Below, in pieces: positions 49,125 through 58,823 of a stretch of DNA of 64,000 nucleotides. The notes under the pieces were generated by a model. That model had not been told where the DNA came from and made no database searches. It saw only the letters and a list, made by a program, of their open reading frames with translations. Numbering within the stretch: the first letter of the stretch is position 1; every line of letters starts with the position of its first letter. Both the position numbers and the translations under genes were made by a program. This stretch comes from an uncultured Acidobacteriota bacterium. GTDB lineage: Bacteria > Acidobacteriota > Vicinamibacteria > Fen-336. The stretch spans positions 2,976,001 to 3,040,000 of the forward strand of contig OY970399.1 in NCBI GenBank assembly GCA_963720545.1, in the 5' to 3' direction.

Positions 49125-49152
49125 TTGACCCGTCCTAGCCTTGGGTTACACT
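49125..49152 (+). promoter_or_regulatory. sigma-70-like promoter
   Basis: TTGACC-16 nt-TACACT, followed by an AT-rich leader and an AGGAG SD. Confidence 0.5.
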
Positions 49153-49233
49153 TGACGGCGAAGTTTGGTCGCTACTAAAGAAGTTACATATGGTCTACAT
49201 CTCGCCTCTTTTTTTAGTCAGGAGACACCAGTC

Positions 49234-50775
49234 ATGAAGCAAGTCTTTGGCGCAGTCCTCGGTGGGATCCTCGTCCTGGGTCTTGCCAGCGGGGCCTTCG
49301 CTCAGGCTCAGTCTTCCGCGGCCTCTTGTGACGACACTGGCAAGCCGGTCAAGCGGGTGACTCGCCTGGGCAACCCCGGGACATCGATGCACCGTCCCCC
49401 TCTTCGCACCATGGCCGACTTCAAGAAGCTCCTCGACAACAAGCGCTATGTCGCCGATGTCGCGAGCGTCATGAACCAGGCCTGCATGGGCGCCAACACC
49501 ACCGCGGTGCTGGAGGCCGCCCGCAACGGCGAAGTTCGTGAAGTGTCGATTCCGGCGGGCACCAATCTCCGCTGGATGGGTTCGCGCAAGGGCCGCGGCA
49601 CCAAGGTGATCCGCCCGCTCGTCTGGGCCGGACGCGCGCCGTTCGAGGCGTTCGAGTTCAAGACCACGGTCGGCGACACCACCTACACGTTCCTGGTGCC
49701 GAAGGCCTGCGGCAACATCACTCTGGCCGACGCGCAGGCGCTGCCGACCGTCACCAGCACCGCGTCCATCTCCTGCAGCCGCGACAGCGCGGGCAACCCG
49801 CAGACCAAGGTCACCGGCGCGTCTGCCGCGAACCTGGCGAGCGTGTCGGTGAGCTGCGGTGGCAACAGCGCCGAGCTCAACGCCGGCAACAACTGGACGG
49901 CATCGTTCGCGGGCGAAGTCCGCGATGGCGCCTGCACGGTCAGCGGCAAGGACACCTACGGCCGCGCGGCGAACGTCACGGCGTCCTACACGCCCTGCCC
50001 GTCGCTGCCGCCGCCGCCTCCGCCGCCGAGCTGCGCCGCCACCCTCGAGCAGACGGCGGTCGGCAAGTGCTGGAACCTCGCGGTTTCGAGCAACAAGCCC
50101 GGCACCGTCACGCTCACCAAGGACGGCGTCGCGTTCGGTCCCAAGACCCTTGCCAAGGGCGCCACTGTGCCCGCCAAGGTTGACGGCGCCACGCCGGCAA
50201 CTGTCTCCGTCTGCGAGCCTGGCACCTACACGGTGAAGGTCGCGATGGACGGAGCCGATGCCACATGCGAAGCGTCTACCACCATCAGCCGCGCCGCCGC
50301 TCCCGCCGCCGCCATCGTGCCGTTCGTCGGCGCCTTCTTCGGCAAGGAGCGCCGCACCCTGGACGCCTTCCCCGGCGGCCGTTGCGCCCCGCTCGGCGGG
50401 CCCGAGGTCGGCCTCAGTATCCGTCCCGGCGGCGGCGACTTCGAGATCGCCCCGGCGATCGGCTACGCCATCAACACGCGCAGCAGTGACGACAGCAGCT
50501 CCGACAACGACCACAACGTCCTGTTCGTGGACGTCGAGCTGAACAAGCACTTCAAGCGCGCCTTCATCGGCACCGGCCTGACCCTCTGGGACATCACCAA
50601 CGGCGACGACTTCATGCCGGGCGCGCTGGCGCAGTTCGGCCTGCGCCTCAACTCCTCCGACTCCGCCACGCCTTTCTACTGGGTCAACCAGGGACGGGTG
50701 TTCTTCCATGACGGCGGCGTCTCCAACAACTACCAGGTCTGGACCGGCTTCCGCCTGCTGTTCGGCAACCGCTAG
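49234..50775 (+). CDS. Secreted Cys-rich protein with probable C-terminal outer-membrane beta-barrel
   Basis: Signal peptide; 12 Cys; poly-Pro linker; C-terminal amphipathic strands ending YQVWTGFRLLFGNR. Start taken at MKQVF. Confidence 0.75.
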   Translation: MKQVFGAVLGGILVLGLASGAFAQAQSSAASCDDTGKPVKRVTRLGNPGTSMHRPPLRTMADFKKLLDNKRYVADVASVMNQACMGANTTAVLEAARNGEVREVSIPAGTNLRWMGSRKGRGTKVIRPLVWAGRAPFEAFEFKTTVGDTTYTFLVPKACGNITLADAQALPTVTSTASISCSRDSAGNPQTKVTGASAANLASVSVSCGGNSAELNAGNNWTASFAGEVRDGACTVSGKDTYGRAANVTASYTPCPSLPPPPPPPSCAATLEQTAVGKCWNLAVSSNKPGTVTLTKDGVAFGPKTLAKGATVPAKVDGATPATVSVCEPGTYTVKVAMDGADATCEASTTISRAAAPAAAIVPFVGAFFGKERRTLDAFPGGRCAPLGGPEVGLSIRPGGGDFEIAPAIGYAINTRSSDDSSSDNDHNVLFVDVELNKHFKRAFIGTGLTLWDITNGDDFMPGALAQFGLRLNSSDSATPFYWVNQGRVFFHDGGVSNNYQVWTGFRLLFGNR

Positions 50776-50804
50776 ACCGCTCGTCACGTAGCCGCACGTA
50801 CACC

Positions 50805-50837
50805 AAAGGCCTCGCGGGCAACCGCGGGGCCTTTTTT
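50805..50837 (+). terminator. Rho-independent terminator (probably bidirectional)
   Basis: AAAGGCCTCGCGG-GCAA-CCGCGGGGCC-TTTTTT between convergent genes. Confidence 0.88.
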
Positions 50838-52527
50838 ATGGGAAGGGCACCCGCGCGACCAGCGCCGCAAACGCCTCGTTGTCTCGCAGGCCGTCGAGCA
50901 TCGGGTCGACCTTGAGCCAGACAGCCCAATGATCGTGCTCGTCGACGGCGCGCGCGAGCGACCGCAGCGCGTCCGTCTCTTCGCCGAGCGCCGCTTCGAC
51001 CGTGGCGAGGCGGAACGGCGAGATGGCGAGCGCACGCAGCTCGGCGAGCAGCGCCTGCGCCTCCTGCGCGCGTCCGCCCAGCGCCAGGCTGCGCGCCTGG
51101 TTCGAGCGGATGAGGGCGCTGCCGCCCGAGAGGCGCGCCGCCTCGCGGTACGCGGCGGCCGCCTCGTCGAAGCGCCCCAGCGCATCGAGCGCCAGGCCCA
51201 GGCCCCAGTGGCCCACCGCGAACTCGGGTGCGAGCGCCAGCAGGCGCTGCTGCCCCTCGATGTCGGGCGAGTGCTGCTGCGTCAGGTACACATGGAAACC
51301 CATGCCGGCGCGCGCGGTCAGCGACAGGGGATCGATCACAAGCGCGCGCTGCAGCTCGTCGAGCGCCTCTGCAAAAAGGCCGATCATCGCGAGGTAGAGC
51401 GCGCGCCACTGGCGCGGCTCGGCGCGCTCCGGCGCCAGCTCGACCGCGCGCAGCAGGTCGTCGCCGGCGCCAGCGAAGTCCCAACCCGAGAAGAGGCGGG
51501 CGAACGCGCGCGACAGGCGCGGCTCGAACGCTTCCGCATCGAGCGCCGCGGCGCGAAAGGCGGCCTGGCGCGCCGTCGCAAGAGCCACACGTGGGTCGCC
51601 GAAGCCGAAGATCGCCTCCATGGTCGCGGCGTTCGCCAGGCCGGCGTGCGCCAGCGCGAGGTCGGGATCGAGCGCCAGCGCCGTGCGGTATTCCTGCTTG
51701 GCGAGCGTCAGTGACGGGCCCGTGAGCTTGTTCCAGAAGAAGGAGCCGCGCAGCGCCGCTTCGTAGGCATCGGCCCGCGACGGAACGCGGTCGAGGCCCG
51801 CGGGTGCGTGCAAGCCGAGGATTGCCGCGACCGAGTCGGCGGCACGGTTCTTGAGGTCGAACAGGTCGCTCGCCTGCGCCGCCGCCGTCTCGAGGCCCAC
51901 GACCGAGCCGTCGTCGCCGCGCACCACTTCGACTGTCACCGACATGTCTGCGCCGTCGCGGCGATAACGGCCTTCGACCACGCGGTCGACGCCGAGGTCG
52001 GCCGCGACCACGGTGGCGCTCACCACCTTGCCGGCATAGGCGAGCACGGCGCTCGACGGCCGCACGCTGAGCGCCTGGGAACGCGCCAGGCGGGCAATGA
52101 CGGCCTCGGCGAGCCCGAACCCGAGGGGATCCTCACCGCCCGCACCCGTGCCGAGGCGGAAGGGCAGCACCGCGACCGACAGGCGCTCTGCGCCGGCAGT
52201 GGCGGGGACGGGCAGCGCGGCCGTGAACCGGTAGCCGCGGCGCGGCACTGTCTCGATGTAGTCCGACTTCGCACCGCCCAGCTCCTTGCGCAGCTGCGAC
52301 ACCAGCACGCTCAGGTTCGCTTCCTCGACGAAGGTGTCGGGCCAGACCTCGGCCAGCAGCTCCTCCTTCGTCGCCAGCTGGCCGCGCCGCTTCACCAGCG
52401 CGCAGAGAAGGTCGGCCGCCTTCGGCGCGAGGCCGACGAGCTCCCGACCGCGCCACAGGACGCGGCGCTCGAGGTCGAGGCGGTAGGTCCCGGCCGGCCC
52501 GAACGCGATCTCGCCACTCGTCGTCAC
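50836..52527 (-). CDS. Winged-helix (CadC/OmpR-type DNA-binding) regulator with TolB-like and TPR domains
   Basis: KEELLAEVWPDTFVEEANL..IETVPRRGYRF, VAVLPF, TPR repeats. Start taken at GTG 52527. Confidence 0.88.
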   Translation of the reverse strand: MTTSGEIAFGPAGTYRLDLERRVLWRGRELVGLAPKAADLLCALVKRRGQLATKEELLAEVWPDTFVEEANLSVLVSQLRKELGGAKSDYIETVPRRGYRFTAALPVPATAGAERLSVAVLPFRLGTGAGGEDPLGFGLAEAVIARLARSQALSVRPSSAVLAYAGKVVSATVVAADLGVDRVVEGRYRRDGADMSVTVEVVRGDDGSVVGLETAAAQASDLFDLKNRAADSVAAILGLHAPAGLDRVPSRADAYEAALRGSFFWNKLTGPSLTLAKQEYRTALALDPDLALAHAGLANAATMEAIFGFGDPRVALATARQAAFRAAALDAEAFEPRLSRAFARLFSGWDFAGAGDDLLRAVELAPERAEPRQWRALYLAMIGLFAEALDELQRALVIDPLSLTARAGMGFHVYLTQQHSPDIEGQQRLLALAPEFAVGHWGLGLALDALGRFDEAAAAYREAARLSGGSALIRSNQARSLALGGRAQEAQALLAELRALAISPFRLATVEAALGEETDALRSLARAVDEHDHWAVWLKVDPMLDGLRDNEAFAALVARVPFP

Positions 52528-52544
52528 GCCGCTGATTCTGCGGT

Positions 52545-52566
52545 CTTTGGGAATCCTTTGGAAATC
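52545..52566. repeat. 11-bp tandem repeat, candidate winged-helix operator
   Basis: CTTTGGGAATC followed directly by CTTTGGAAATC, in the divergent intergenic region. Confidence 0.6.
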
Positions 52567-52637
52567 ACCTGCCTCACGCCAAGGACGCAAACCGCCGCCG
52601 CGCCGTACCTTGGCGTCATGAACTTTGGAGGACGGCG

Positions 52638-53300
52638 ATGAGCGACAGGGAGATTCGCGGCATTACGGCGACGGTGGAGAAGAAGGCGCTCTTGTGGCTT
52701 GCGGCGCGCATGCCGGGGTGGATCGGCTCCGACCTGCTGACCTTCATCGGTTTTGCCGGCACGCTCGGCGCGGGGCTCTCGTACTGGCAGGCGAGCAACG
52801 CGCCGGGATTCCTGCATGTCGTGAACCTGTGCCTGTTCGTCAACTGGTACGGCGACAGCCTCGACGGCACGCTGGCGCGCTATCGCAAGGCGCAGCGGCC
52901 GCGGTACGGCTACTACGTGGACCACATCGCCGACACCTTCGGCGTCGCCGCGCTGCTCGGCGGCCTCGCCGCGTCCGGACTGATGAGTCTGGGGATCGCG
53001 GCCGGGCTGCTGGTCGCGTACTACCTGGTGTCGATCGAGATGTATCTCGCCACGCATTCGCTCGGCACCCTCACGATCGGCCAGGCCGGCATCGGCGGCA
53101 CCGAACTGCGCCTCATCCTCGTGGCGCTCAACCTGGCCGCGCTGTTCGTTCCGCGCTTCATGATCTTCGCGCGCGATGTGTTGCTCTTCGATCTCGCCGG
53201 CCTGCTGGCGATCCTCGGCCTGGTCGCCGGCACACTGGTCGCAGCAGTGCGCAACACTGCTGCGCTCTATCGTCTGGAGCCGCTGCCCGCGAAGCGCTAA
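52638..53300 (+). CDS. CDP-alcohol phosphatidyltransferase family protein
   Basis: DSLDGTLAR...GYYVDHIAD signature; GGAGG SD. Confidence 0.9.
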   Translation: MSDREIRGITATVEKKALLWLAARMPGWIGSDLLTFIGFAGTLGAGLSYWQASNAPGFLHVVNLCLFVNWYGDSLDGTLARYRKAQRPRYGYYVDHIADTFGVAALLGGLAASGLMSLGIAAGLLVAYYLVSIEMYLATHSLGTLTIGQAGIGGTELRLILVALNLAALFVPRFMIFARDVLLFDLAGLLAILGLVAGTLVAAVRNTAALYRLEPLPAKR

Positions 53301-53324
53301 CCTCCGCCGCGGAGGCACACCGCC

Positions 53325-54620
53325 ATGAAGCTTCGTGCTGCCGTTGCCGCCGTTCTCGCAGGACTCGTCGTCGCTGCGCCTCCGGCGCGCGCCGAGACGC
53401 TGGTCGTCAAGGCCGCGCACCTCATCGACGGGCGCGGCGGCAAGCCGTCCGGTCCGGTCATGGTGCTGGTCGAGGACGAACGCATCAAGGCGGTCGCGGC
53501 CGCAATCGAGGTGCCCGCGGGCGCGCGTGTCGTCGACCTCGGCGGGGCGACGCTCCTTCCGGGCCTCATCGACCTGCACACGCACCTCACCGACCACTTC
53601 GGCACGCATTGGGAGGAGGCGCTGCTGACGACGACACCACCGGATGCCGCGCTCTGGGGTGCTTACAACGCGAAGGTCACGCTGCTCGCCGGCTTCACCA
53701 CCTGCCGCGAGATGGGGCCGACCTGGCCGTATGTCGACGTGGCGCTGCGCAATGCGATCGACCAGGGGGCGGTTCCCGGCCCGCGGCTGATGGTCGCGGG
53801 GAACTACGTCTCGGCGACCGGCGGCGCCGGCGACGCGCGGCAATTCTCGATCTACGTGGACGTGCCCACCGTGCGCAACCTCGCCGACTCGGCCGACGAG
53901 ATCGTCAAGGCGATCCGCACCAACTTCAAGAACGGCGCCGACTTCGTCAAGATCCTCGCGACCGGCGCGGTGCTGTCGAAGGGGCTGCTGCCGACCGCGC
54001 AGCAGTACACCGACGAGGAGATGCGCGCGGCGGTGGTCGAGGCCAACCGCTGGGGCCGGCAGGTGGCGTCGCACGCGCACGGCGCCGCCGGTATCAAGGC
54101 GTCGATCCGCGCCGGCGTGCGCACCGTGGACCATGGGTCGTACCTCGACGACGAGGCGGTCGCGATGCTGCGCGCCGGCAACCGCAAGACCTTCTACGTG
54201 CCGACGCTCTACACGAGCGAAGCGATCCTCGGCGCCGCGGGGGAACACGTGCCGGCGTCCGAGCGCGAGCGCGAGCGCCAGATCCGCGACATCCAGTACG
54301 CCGGCTTCAAGCGCGCGCTGGCCGCGGGGCTGCCGATCGGCGTGTCCACCGACGCCGCGGTGATTCCGCACGGCGAGAACGCGCACGAGCTGGCGGTGCG
54401 GGTCGGTTTCGGCGAAACCACGATGGCGGCGATCGTCTCGGCAACCAGCCTCAACGCCGAGATCATGGGCTGGTCGGACCGTGTCGGCTCGGTCGAGGCG
54501 GGCAAGTTCGCCGACCTGGTTGCCGTTTCCGGCGACCCGCTGCAGGACATCACCGAGCTGCAGCGGATGAAGTTCGTGATGAAGGGCGGCGCGATCTACC
54601 GCAACGAGCTCGCGAACTAG
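53325..54620 (+). CDS. Exported metal-dependent amidohydrolase
   Basis: Signal peptide; PGLIDLHTH, VKI, HAHG, DHG, TDA, GKFADLV. Confidence 0.88.
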   Translation: MKLRAAVAAVLAGLVVAAPPARAETLVVKAAHLIDGRGGKPSGPVMVLVEDERIKAVAAAIEVPAGARVVDLGGATLLPGLIDLHTHLTDHFGTHWEEALLTTTPPDAALWGAYNAKVTLLAGFTTCREMGPTWPYVDVALRNAIDQGAVPGPRLMVAGNYVSATGGAGDARQFSIYVDVPTVRNLADSADEIVKAIRTNFKNGADFVKILATGAVLSKGLLPTAQQYTDEEMRAAVVEANRWGRQVASHAHGAAGIKASIRAGVRTVDHGSYLDDEAVAMLRAGNRKTFYVPTLYTSEAILGAAGEHVPASERERERQIRDIQYAGFKRALAAGLPIGVSTDAAVIPHGENAHELAVRVGFGETTMAAIVSATSLNAEIMGWSDRVGSVEAGKFADLVAVSGDPLQDITELQRMKFVMKGGAIYRNELAN

Positions 54621-55492
54621 CGCTGCTTCGGCGGCAGCAGGCCCGTGCGCTCGGCGATCTTGCGGTCGACGAAGCGCTTCGGCAGGAGGCGCGGCAGCGT
54701 GAAGCCCATGAACGGACGGCGCAGGATCGTGTAGCGCACCCGGGGCTTCGCCGTCGTCAGCGCCTCGTGCACCAGACGCCCGACCGCTTCGGCCTCGATC
54801 CCGGCGCGGCCCGAGGCGAGCGCCGCTTCGCGGAAACGCTGCAGCGCCGGGGCGAACGGCGTGTCGTCGTAGGCGTCGCCGACCTGTTCCTCGGTCTTGT
54901 CCCAGATCGGCGTCGCGACCGCGCCCGGGCCGACGATGACGACGTCGATGCCGTAGAGGACGAGCTCGCGGCGCAGGCACTCGGAGAGTCCTTCGAGCGC
55001 GTGCTTGGAGGCGACGTAGGGGCCGATGAAAGGCGCGCCGATCTTGCCGGCCACCGAACTCATGTTGACGATGCGGCCCGGCGCGCCGCGCCGCGAGCGG
55101 TCGGCGCCGAGCAGCGGCGCGAACGCCTGGGTCACGGACAGCGCGCCGAACAGGTTGACCTCGAACTGGCGGCGCAGGTCGTTGAGCGGCAGGTGCAGCA
55201 GCGGGCCGCCGATGCCGATGCCGGCGTTGTTGACGAGGCCAAAGAGCGTCGTGCCGTCGAGGCTGGTCGCGACCCGCGCCGCCCCGGCATGCACCGCCGC
55301 TTCATCGGTCACGTCGAAGTCGAGCGGCACGAAGCGCTCGCCGAGCTCCGCGCGCACCCGCTCGCCGTCTGCCGGCTTGCGCACGCTGCCGAAGACACGC
55401 ATGCCGTTCTCGACCAGCACCTTGCACGTCGCGAAGCCGATTCCGGTGGAGGCGCCGGTGACGACCACGGCGCGCGCAGCGTTGTCGCTCAA
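54617..55492 (-). CDS. SDR family oxidoreductase
   Basis: TGASTGIG, NNAG, YVASK; TTG start overlaps the upstream stop. Confidence 0.9.
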   Translation of the reverse strand: MSDNAARAVVVTGASTGIGFATCKVLVENGMRVFGSVRKPADGERVRAELGERFVPLDFDVTDEAAVHAGAARVATSLDGTTLFGLVNNAGIGIGGPLLHLPLNDLRRQFEVNLFGALSVTQAFAPLLGADRSRRGAPGRIVNMSSVAGKIGAPFIGPYVASKHALEGLSECLRRELVLYGIDVVIVGPGAVATPIWDKTEEQVGDAYDDTPFAPALQRFREAALASGRAGIEAEAVGRLVHEALTTAKPRVRYTILRRPFMGFTLPRLLPKRFVDRKIAERTGLLPPKQR

Positions 55493-56301
55493 GCCTGGTC
55501 CTCGAGGGCGTTGAAGCGCTTCGCCACCTTGCGCACCAGGAAGCGCGGCGCGAAGCGCTCGAAGAACGGCGGGATCTTGTTGGTGAAGCCGGCGATCGCC
55601 ACCGCCTTGCCGGCGCGGAACGCCCGGTGGCCGATGCGCGCAACCGCCGGCGCGTCCATCGCGCCGAGGCGTTCGAAGGCGACTCCGTTGGTGCCGGCTT
55701 CGGCCTGGAAGCCTGTCGTGGTCGGCCCCGGGCAGAAGCACGTGACCGTGACGCCGCTGCCGCTCACTTCCTCGGTGAGCGCCTCGCTGAACGAGAGCAC
55801 GTACGCCTTGGTCGCGTAGTAGACCGCCATGTTCGGCCCCGGCTGGAAGGATGCCGTCGAGGCCACGTTGACGATGCCGCCGCGGCGGCGCGCCAGCATC
55901 CCGGGAAGGAACAGGCGCGTCAAGTGCGTGAGCGCCGAGACGTTGACCGTCACCATGTCGAGCAGGCGCCGGGTGTCGAGGCTCGCGACCGGACCGATCG
56001 CGCCGAAGCCGGCGTTGTTGACGAGCACGTCCACCGCGATGCCCGCGGCTTCGAGCCGCTCGAACAACCAGCGTGGCGCCCCGGAGTCGATGAGGTCGGC
56101 GTTCTCGACGCGCGCCGCGATGCCGTGGGCAGCGCGCAGTTCCGCGGCCAAAGCCTCGAGCTTGCCGATGCTGCGGGCGACGAGCACCAGGTTGCAGCGC
56201 TCCGCGGCGAACAGGCGCGCCAGCTCCAGGCCGATGCCCGAGGAGGCGCCCGTGATGAGCACTGTTTCCACGCCGGCCGGGCTCGTCGTCTCGGTCGTCA
56301 T
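55489..56301 (-). CDS. SDR family oxidoreductase
   Basis: TGASSGIG, NNAG, YYATK. Confidence 0.92.
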   Translation of the reverse strand: MTTETTSPAGVETVLITGASSGIGLELARLFAAERCNLVLVARSIGKLEALAAELRAAHGIAARVENADLIDSGAPRWLFERLEAAGIAVDVLVNNAGFGAIGPVASLDTRRLLDMVTVNVSALTHLTRLFLPGMLARRRGGIVNVASTASFQPGPNMAVYYATKAYVLSFSEALTEEVSGSGVTVTCFCPGPTTTGFQAEAGTNGVAFERLGAMDAPAVARIGHRAFRAGKAVAIAGFTNKIPPFFERFAPRFLVRKVAKRFNALEDQA

Positions 56302-57050
56302 CAGCGCGCGAGCCGCTGCGCCTGGTAAGCGGCGCGCGCCTTGTCGTTGGGATCGCGTGGCTCGCGGATCGGCAGCGCCGCGACCGACTGGTACTCACGC
56401 AGCGCGTCCTCCTTGCGCCCCAGCGATTCGTACGTGCGGCCAAGCTCATAGTGGCCGAGGATGATGCCGGGCGAGAGCTGAACGCCTTTCTCGAGCATGG
56501 TGCGCGAATCCTCGAGGCTCCCGGGCGGGATGGTGCCGACCAGCAGCTTCGCGAATTGCCGCAGAACCCAGCTGAGCTCCGCGAGCTCGCGGTAGTAGAT
56601 CCCGAGCGCGACATAAGGCGGCGAGAAGTTCGGGTCGAGGTCGATGGCGCGGCGCGCGTCCTTTTCGAGGTCCTGCGCGAGGCGCACCTTCTCCTTGCCA
56701 CCCTTCAGCAGCGCCAGGTTGCCGGCGCTCGCGGCGGCCCAGAAATGGCCGACTGCGTTGTCGGGGTGCTGGCTCTGCGCCTGCTTCGCGTACTCGATCG
56801 CCTTGCGGTAGTGGGGCTCCGCCTGGTCCCTGGGTCCGGAGACGCCCAGGTCGTTGTGCACGTGGGCGAGACACGTGAGGCCCTCGACGCGCCCGGCGTC
56901 CTGCGCGTGCGCCTGTTCGCAGGCGGCGAGCGCGCCTTGCAGGTCGAGCGCGTCGTGGCGCTCGTTGAAGCGTTTGATGAGGTCGTCGAAGGACGGCTGC
57001 GACTGCGCGGCGGCGAGCGCCGCGGCCAGCACCAGGACAATCGGGGGCAT
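56301..57050 (-). CDS. Exported TPR protein
   Basis: True start MPPIVLVLAAALAAA (signal peptide); TPR-like helical repeats; stop overlaps the SDR start. Confidence 0.78.
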   Translation of the reverse strand: MPPIVLVLAAALAAAQSQPSFDDLIKRFNERHDALDLQGALAACEQAHAQDAGRVEGLTCLAHVHNDLGVSGPRDQAEPHYRKAIEYAKQAQSQHPDNAVGHFWAAASAGNLALLKGGKEKVRLAQDLEKDARRAIDLDPNFSPPYVALGIYYRELAELSWVLRQFAKLLVGTIPPGSLEDSRTMLEKGVQLSPGIILGHYELGRTYESLGRKEDALREYQSVAALPIREPRDPNDKARAAYQAQRLAR

Positions 57051-57089
57051 CTCTTCGCATTGTAAGCTGCGCCCCTCGCCACCATCATT

Positions 57090-58811
57090 ATGCGCAGGCT
57101 CCTGCTCGCGGCCATCCTCGTCCTCGCCGCCGCGCTGCGCCTCGCTGGAATCTCCTGGGGGCTTCGCCAGGAGCCGCATTCCGACGAGCGTGTGTTCGTC
57201 GAGAACGCCGCCGCGATGGTCGCGGCCGGCAACCTCGACCACCGCTACTACGAGTATCCGGGCCTGTTCTTCTACCTGCTCGGTCCAGTGCTCTGGGCCG
57301 CGGGCGCCGTGCCGGTTCCCGGGGTGCGCGGCTACCTCGCGGCGCGCGCGCTCGTCGACCTGTTCGGCGTGCTCGACGTGGCGTTGGTCTTTTTTCTCGT
57401 GCGCCGCATGGCCGGCCCGGCGGTGGGGCTCACGGCCGCGCTGCTGCTGGCCGTGTCGCCGCTCGACGTCTTCACTGCGCAGACGGCGCGGCCCGATATC
57501 GTGGTGCAGGCGTTCGTGACGCTGTCCCTGATCGCCACGCTGCTGGTGGGCACGCGTCTGCGCCACGACGCGTACGCGGGGCTCGCGATCGGCGCCGCAG
57601 CGTCGGTGAAGTTCAGCGGGCTCCTGGCGGTGTCTGGATATGCAGGCCGGCGCCTGGCCGCTGCCGGGCCGCGGCTCAGGGGCCTCGCTGTCGCCGGATT
57701 GTGTGCCACCGGGCTGCTCGCCGCCTCGATGAGCGCGTCGTTCTGTTCGGGGCATGGCGGCGCGGTTGGCGCTGGCCTCGCCGACCAATGGGGCTACCAC
57801 TTCGACAGCGGCTTCATCGGCCGGCGCTTCTTCGGCATCCTCGGCTTCTTCGGCGCGGCACTGTGGCGCGAGATGGGCCCGCTCGCCTGCGGCCTGGCGG
57901 TAGTCGCCGCGGTGGCGGGCCTGGCGCGCCGCCGGCCGCAGGTCCTGCCGCTCGTCTCGCTGCTGGTGGTGACGGTCGCCGTCCACTGCCTGGCGGGGGC
58001 GCGCTTCGTGCGGTTTCTCGTTCCGGTGATGGGTGCTTTCTGTGCGCTCGCGGCGCTCGGCGCCGACTGGGCGGCGCGGCGCTTACGGCTGCCGCTCGCC
58101 GCCGTCGCGGTCCTGCTTTGCGCGTGGCCTCTGGTGCGGACCGTGGGCGCCGTGCGCGTCGTGCTGGCGCCGCATCCGCTCGACCGCATCCTCGACGCGC
58201 TCGACCGCCAGGTGCCGGCCGGCGCCATCGTCTTTCTCGACGCGCCGGAGCTCGGCATCGATCGCGCCCGCTACCGTGTCGTCTCCGCCAGCGGCGATCC
58301 AGCGCTCGACCGGCACGGCATCGCGGCAAGCGCCTACGCCGTCGTCAGGCCGGGGAGTGCTGCCGTGCTGAACAATGCCGGCGCGGGCGCGCTGGCCGCG
58401 GCGGCCGATGACGTGCTCAACCTGCCGTTGACCGAGCTCTACGCCGTGCCGCCGTCGCTCGCGGCCAGGTACGTCGCCGTACCCGGAGAATCTTTGGCGG
58501 ACGGCGACCAGCGCCGCACGATCCTGCGGTTTCGCGAACCCCATGACGTCGCGCGCATCCGCCTGCTGGGTGTGCGCCGCATCGCCCCGGATGGTCGCAC
58601 CGGTGTCGCGTGGTCGCCCGACCCAAGCGGCGACGACTGGCGGGCGCTGCGCGCGCTGGCGGTGCCGGGCGCACCTGCGCTCGACGTCACCCGCGCCAGC
58701 GATGCGGCGTTCGTGTTCGCACCCGTGCCCGCGCGGCGCGTGCGCGTGCGCACGGCGCCCGGGCCGAAGCGCACGGCGCCGCCCATCGCCGCCGACGAAC
58801 TCGCGCGGTAA
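57090..58811 (+). CDS. GT-C membrane glycosyltransferase (ArnT/PMT_2-like), paralog 1
   Basis: LRLAGISWGL..DERVF, YEYPGLFFYLL, ARPD, KFSG; multiple TM segments. Confidence 0.78.
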   Translation: MRRLLLAAILVLAAALRLAGISWGLRQEPHSDERVFVENAAAMVAAGNLDHRYYEYPGLFFYLLGPVLWAAGAVPVPGVRGYLAARALVDLFGVLDVALVFFLVRRMAGPAVGLTAALLLAVSPLDVFTAQTARPDIVVQAFVTLSLIATLLVGTRLRHDAYAGLAIGAAASVKFSGLLAVSGYAGRRLAAAGPRLRGLAVAGLCATGLLAASMSASFCSGHGGAVGAGLADQWGYHFDSGFIGRRFFGILGFFGAALWREMGPLACGLAVVAAVAGLARRRPQVLPLVSLLVVTVAVHCLAGARFVRFLVPVMGAFCALAALGADWAARRLRLPLAAVAVLLCAWPLVRTVGAVRVVLAPHPLDRILDALDRQVPAGAIVFLDAPELGIDRARYRVVSASGDPALDRHGIAASAYAVVRPGSAAVLNNAGAGALAAAADDVLNLPLTELYAVPPSLAARYVAVPGESLADGDQRRTILRFREPHDVARIRLLGVRRIAPDGRTGVAWSPDPSGDDWRALRALAVPGAPALDVTRASDAAFVFAPVPARRVRVRTAPGPKRTAPPIAADELAR

Positions 58812-58823
58812 GCTCGCTCGCCA

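Noticed and set aside
49153..49233. AT-rich leader with a T-run, considered as riboswitch or attenuator
   Set aside because: No convincing stem directly before the T-run and no aptamer consensus that I could match. An Rfam scan would settle it.
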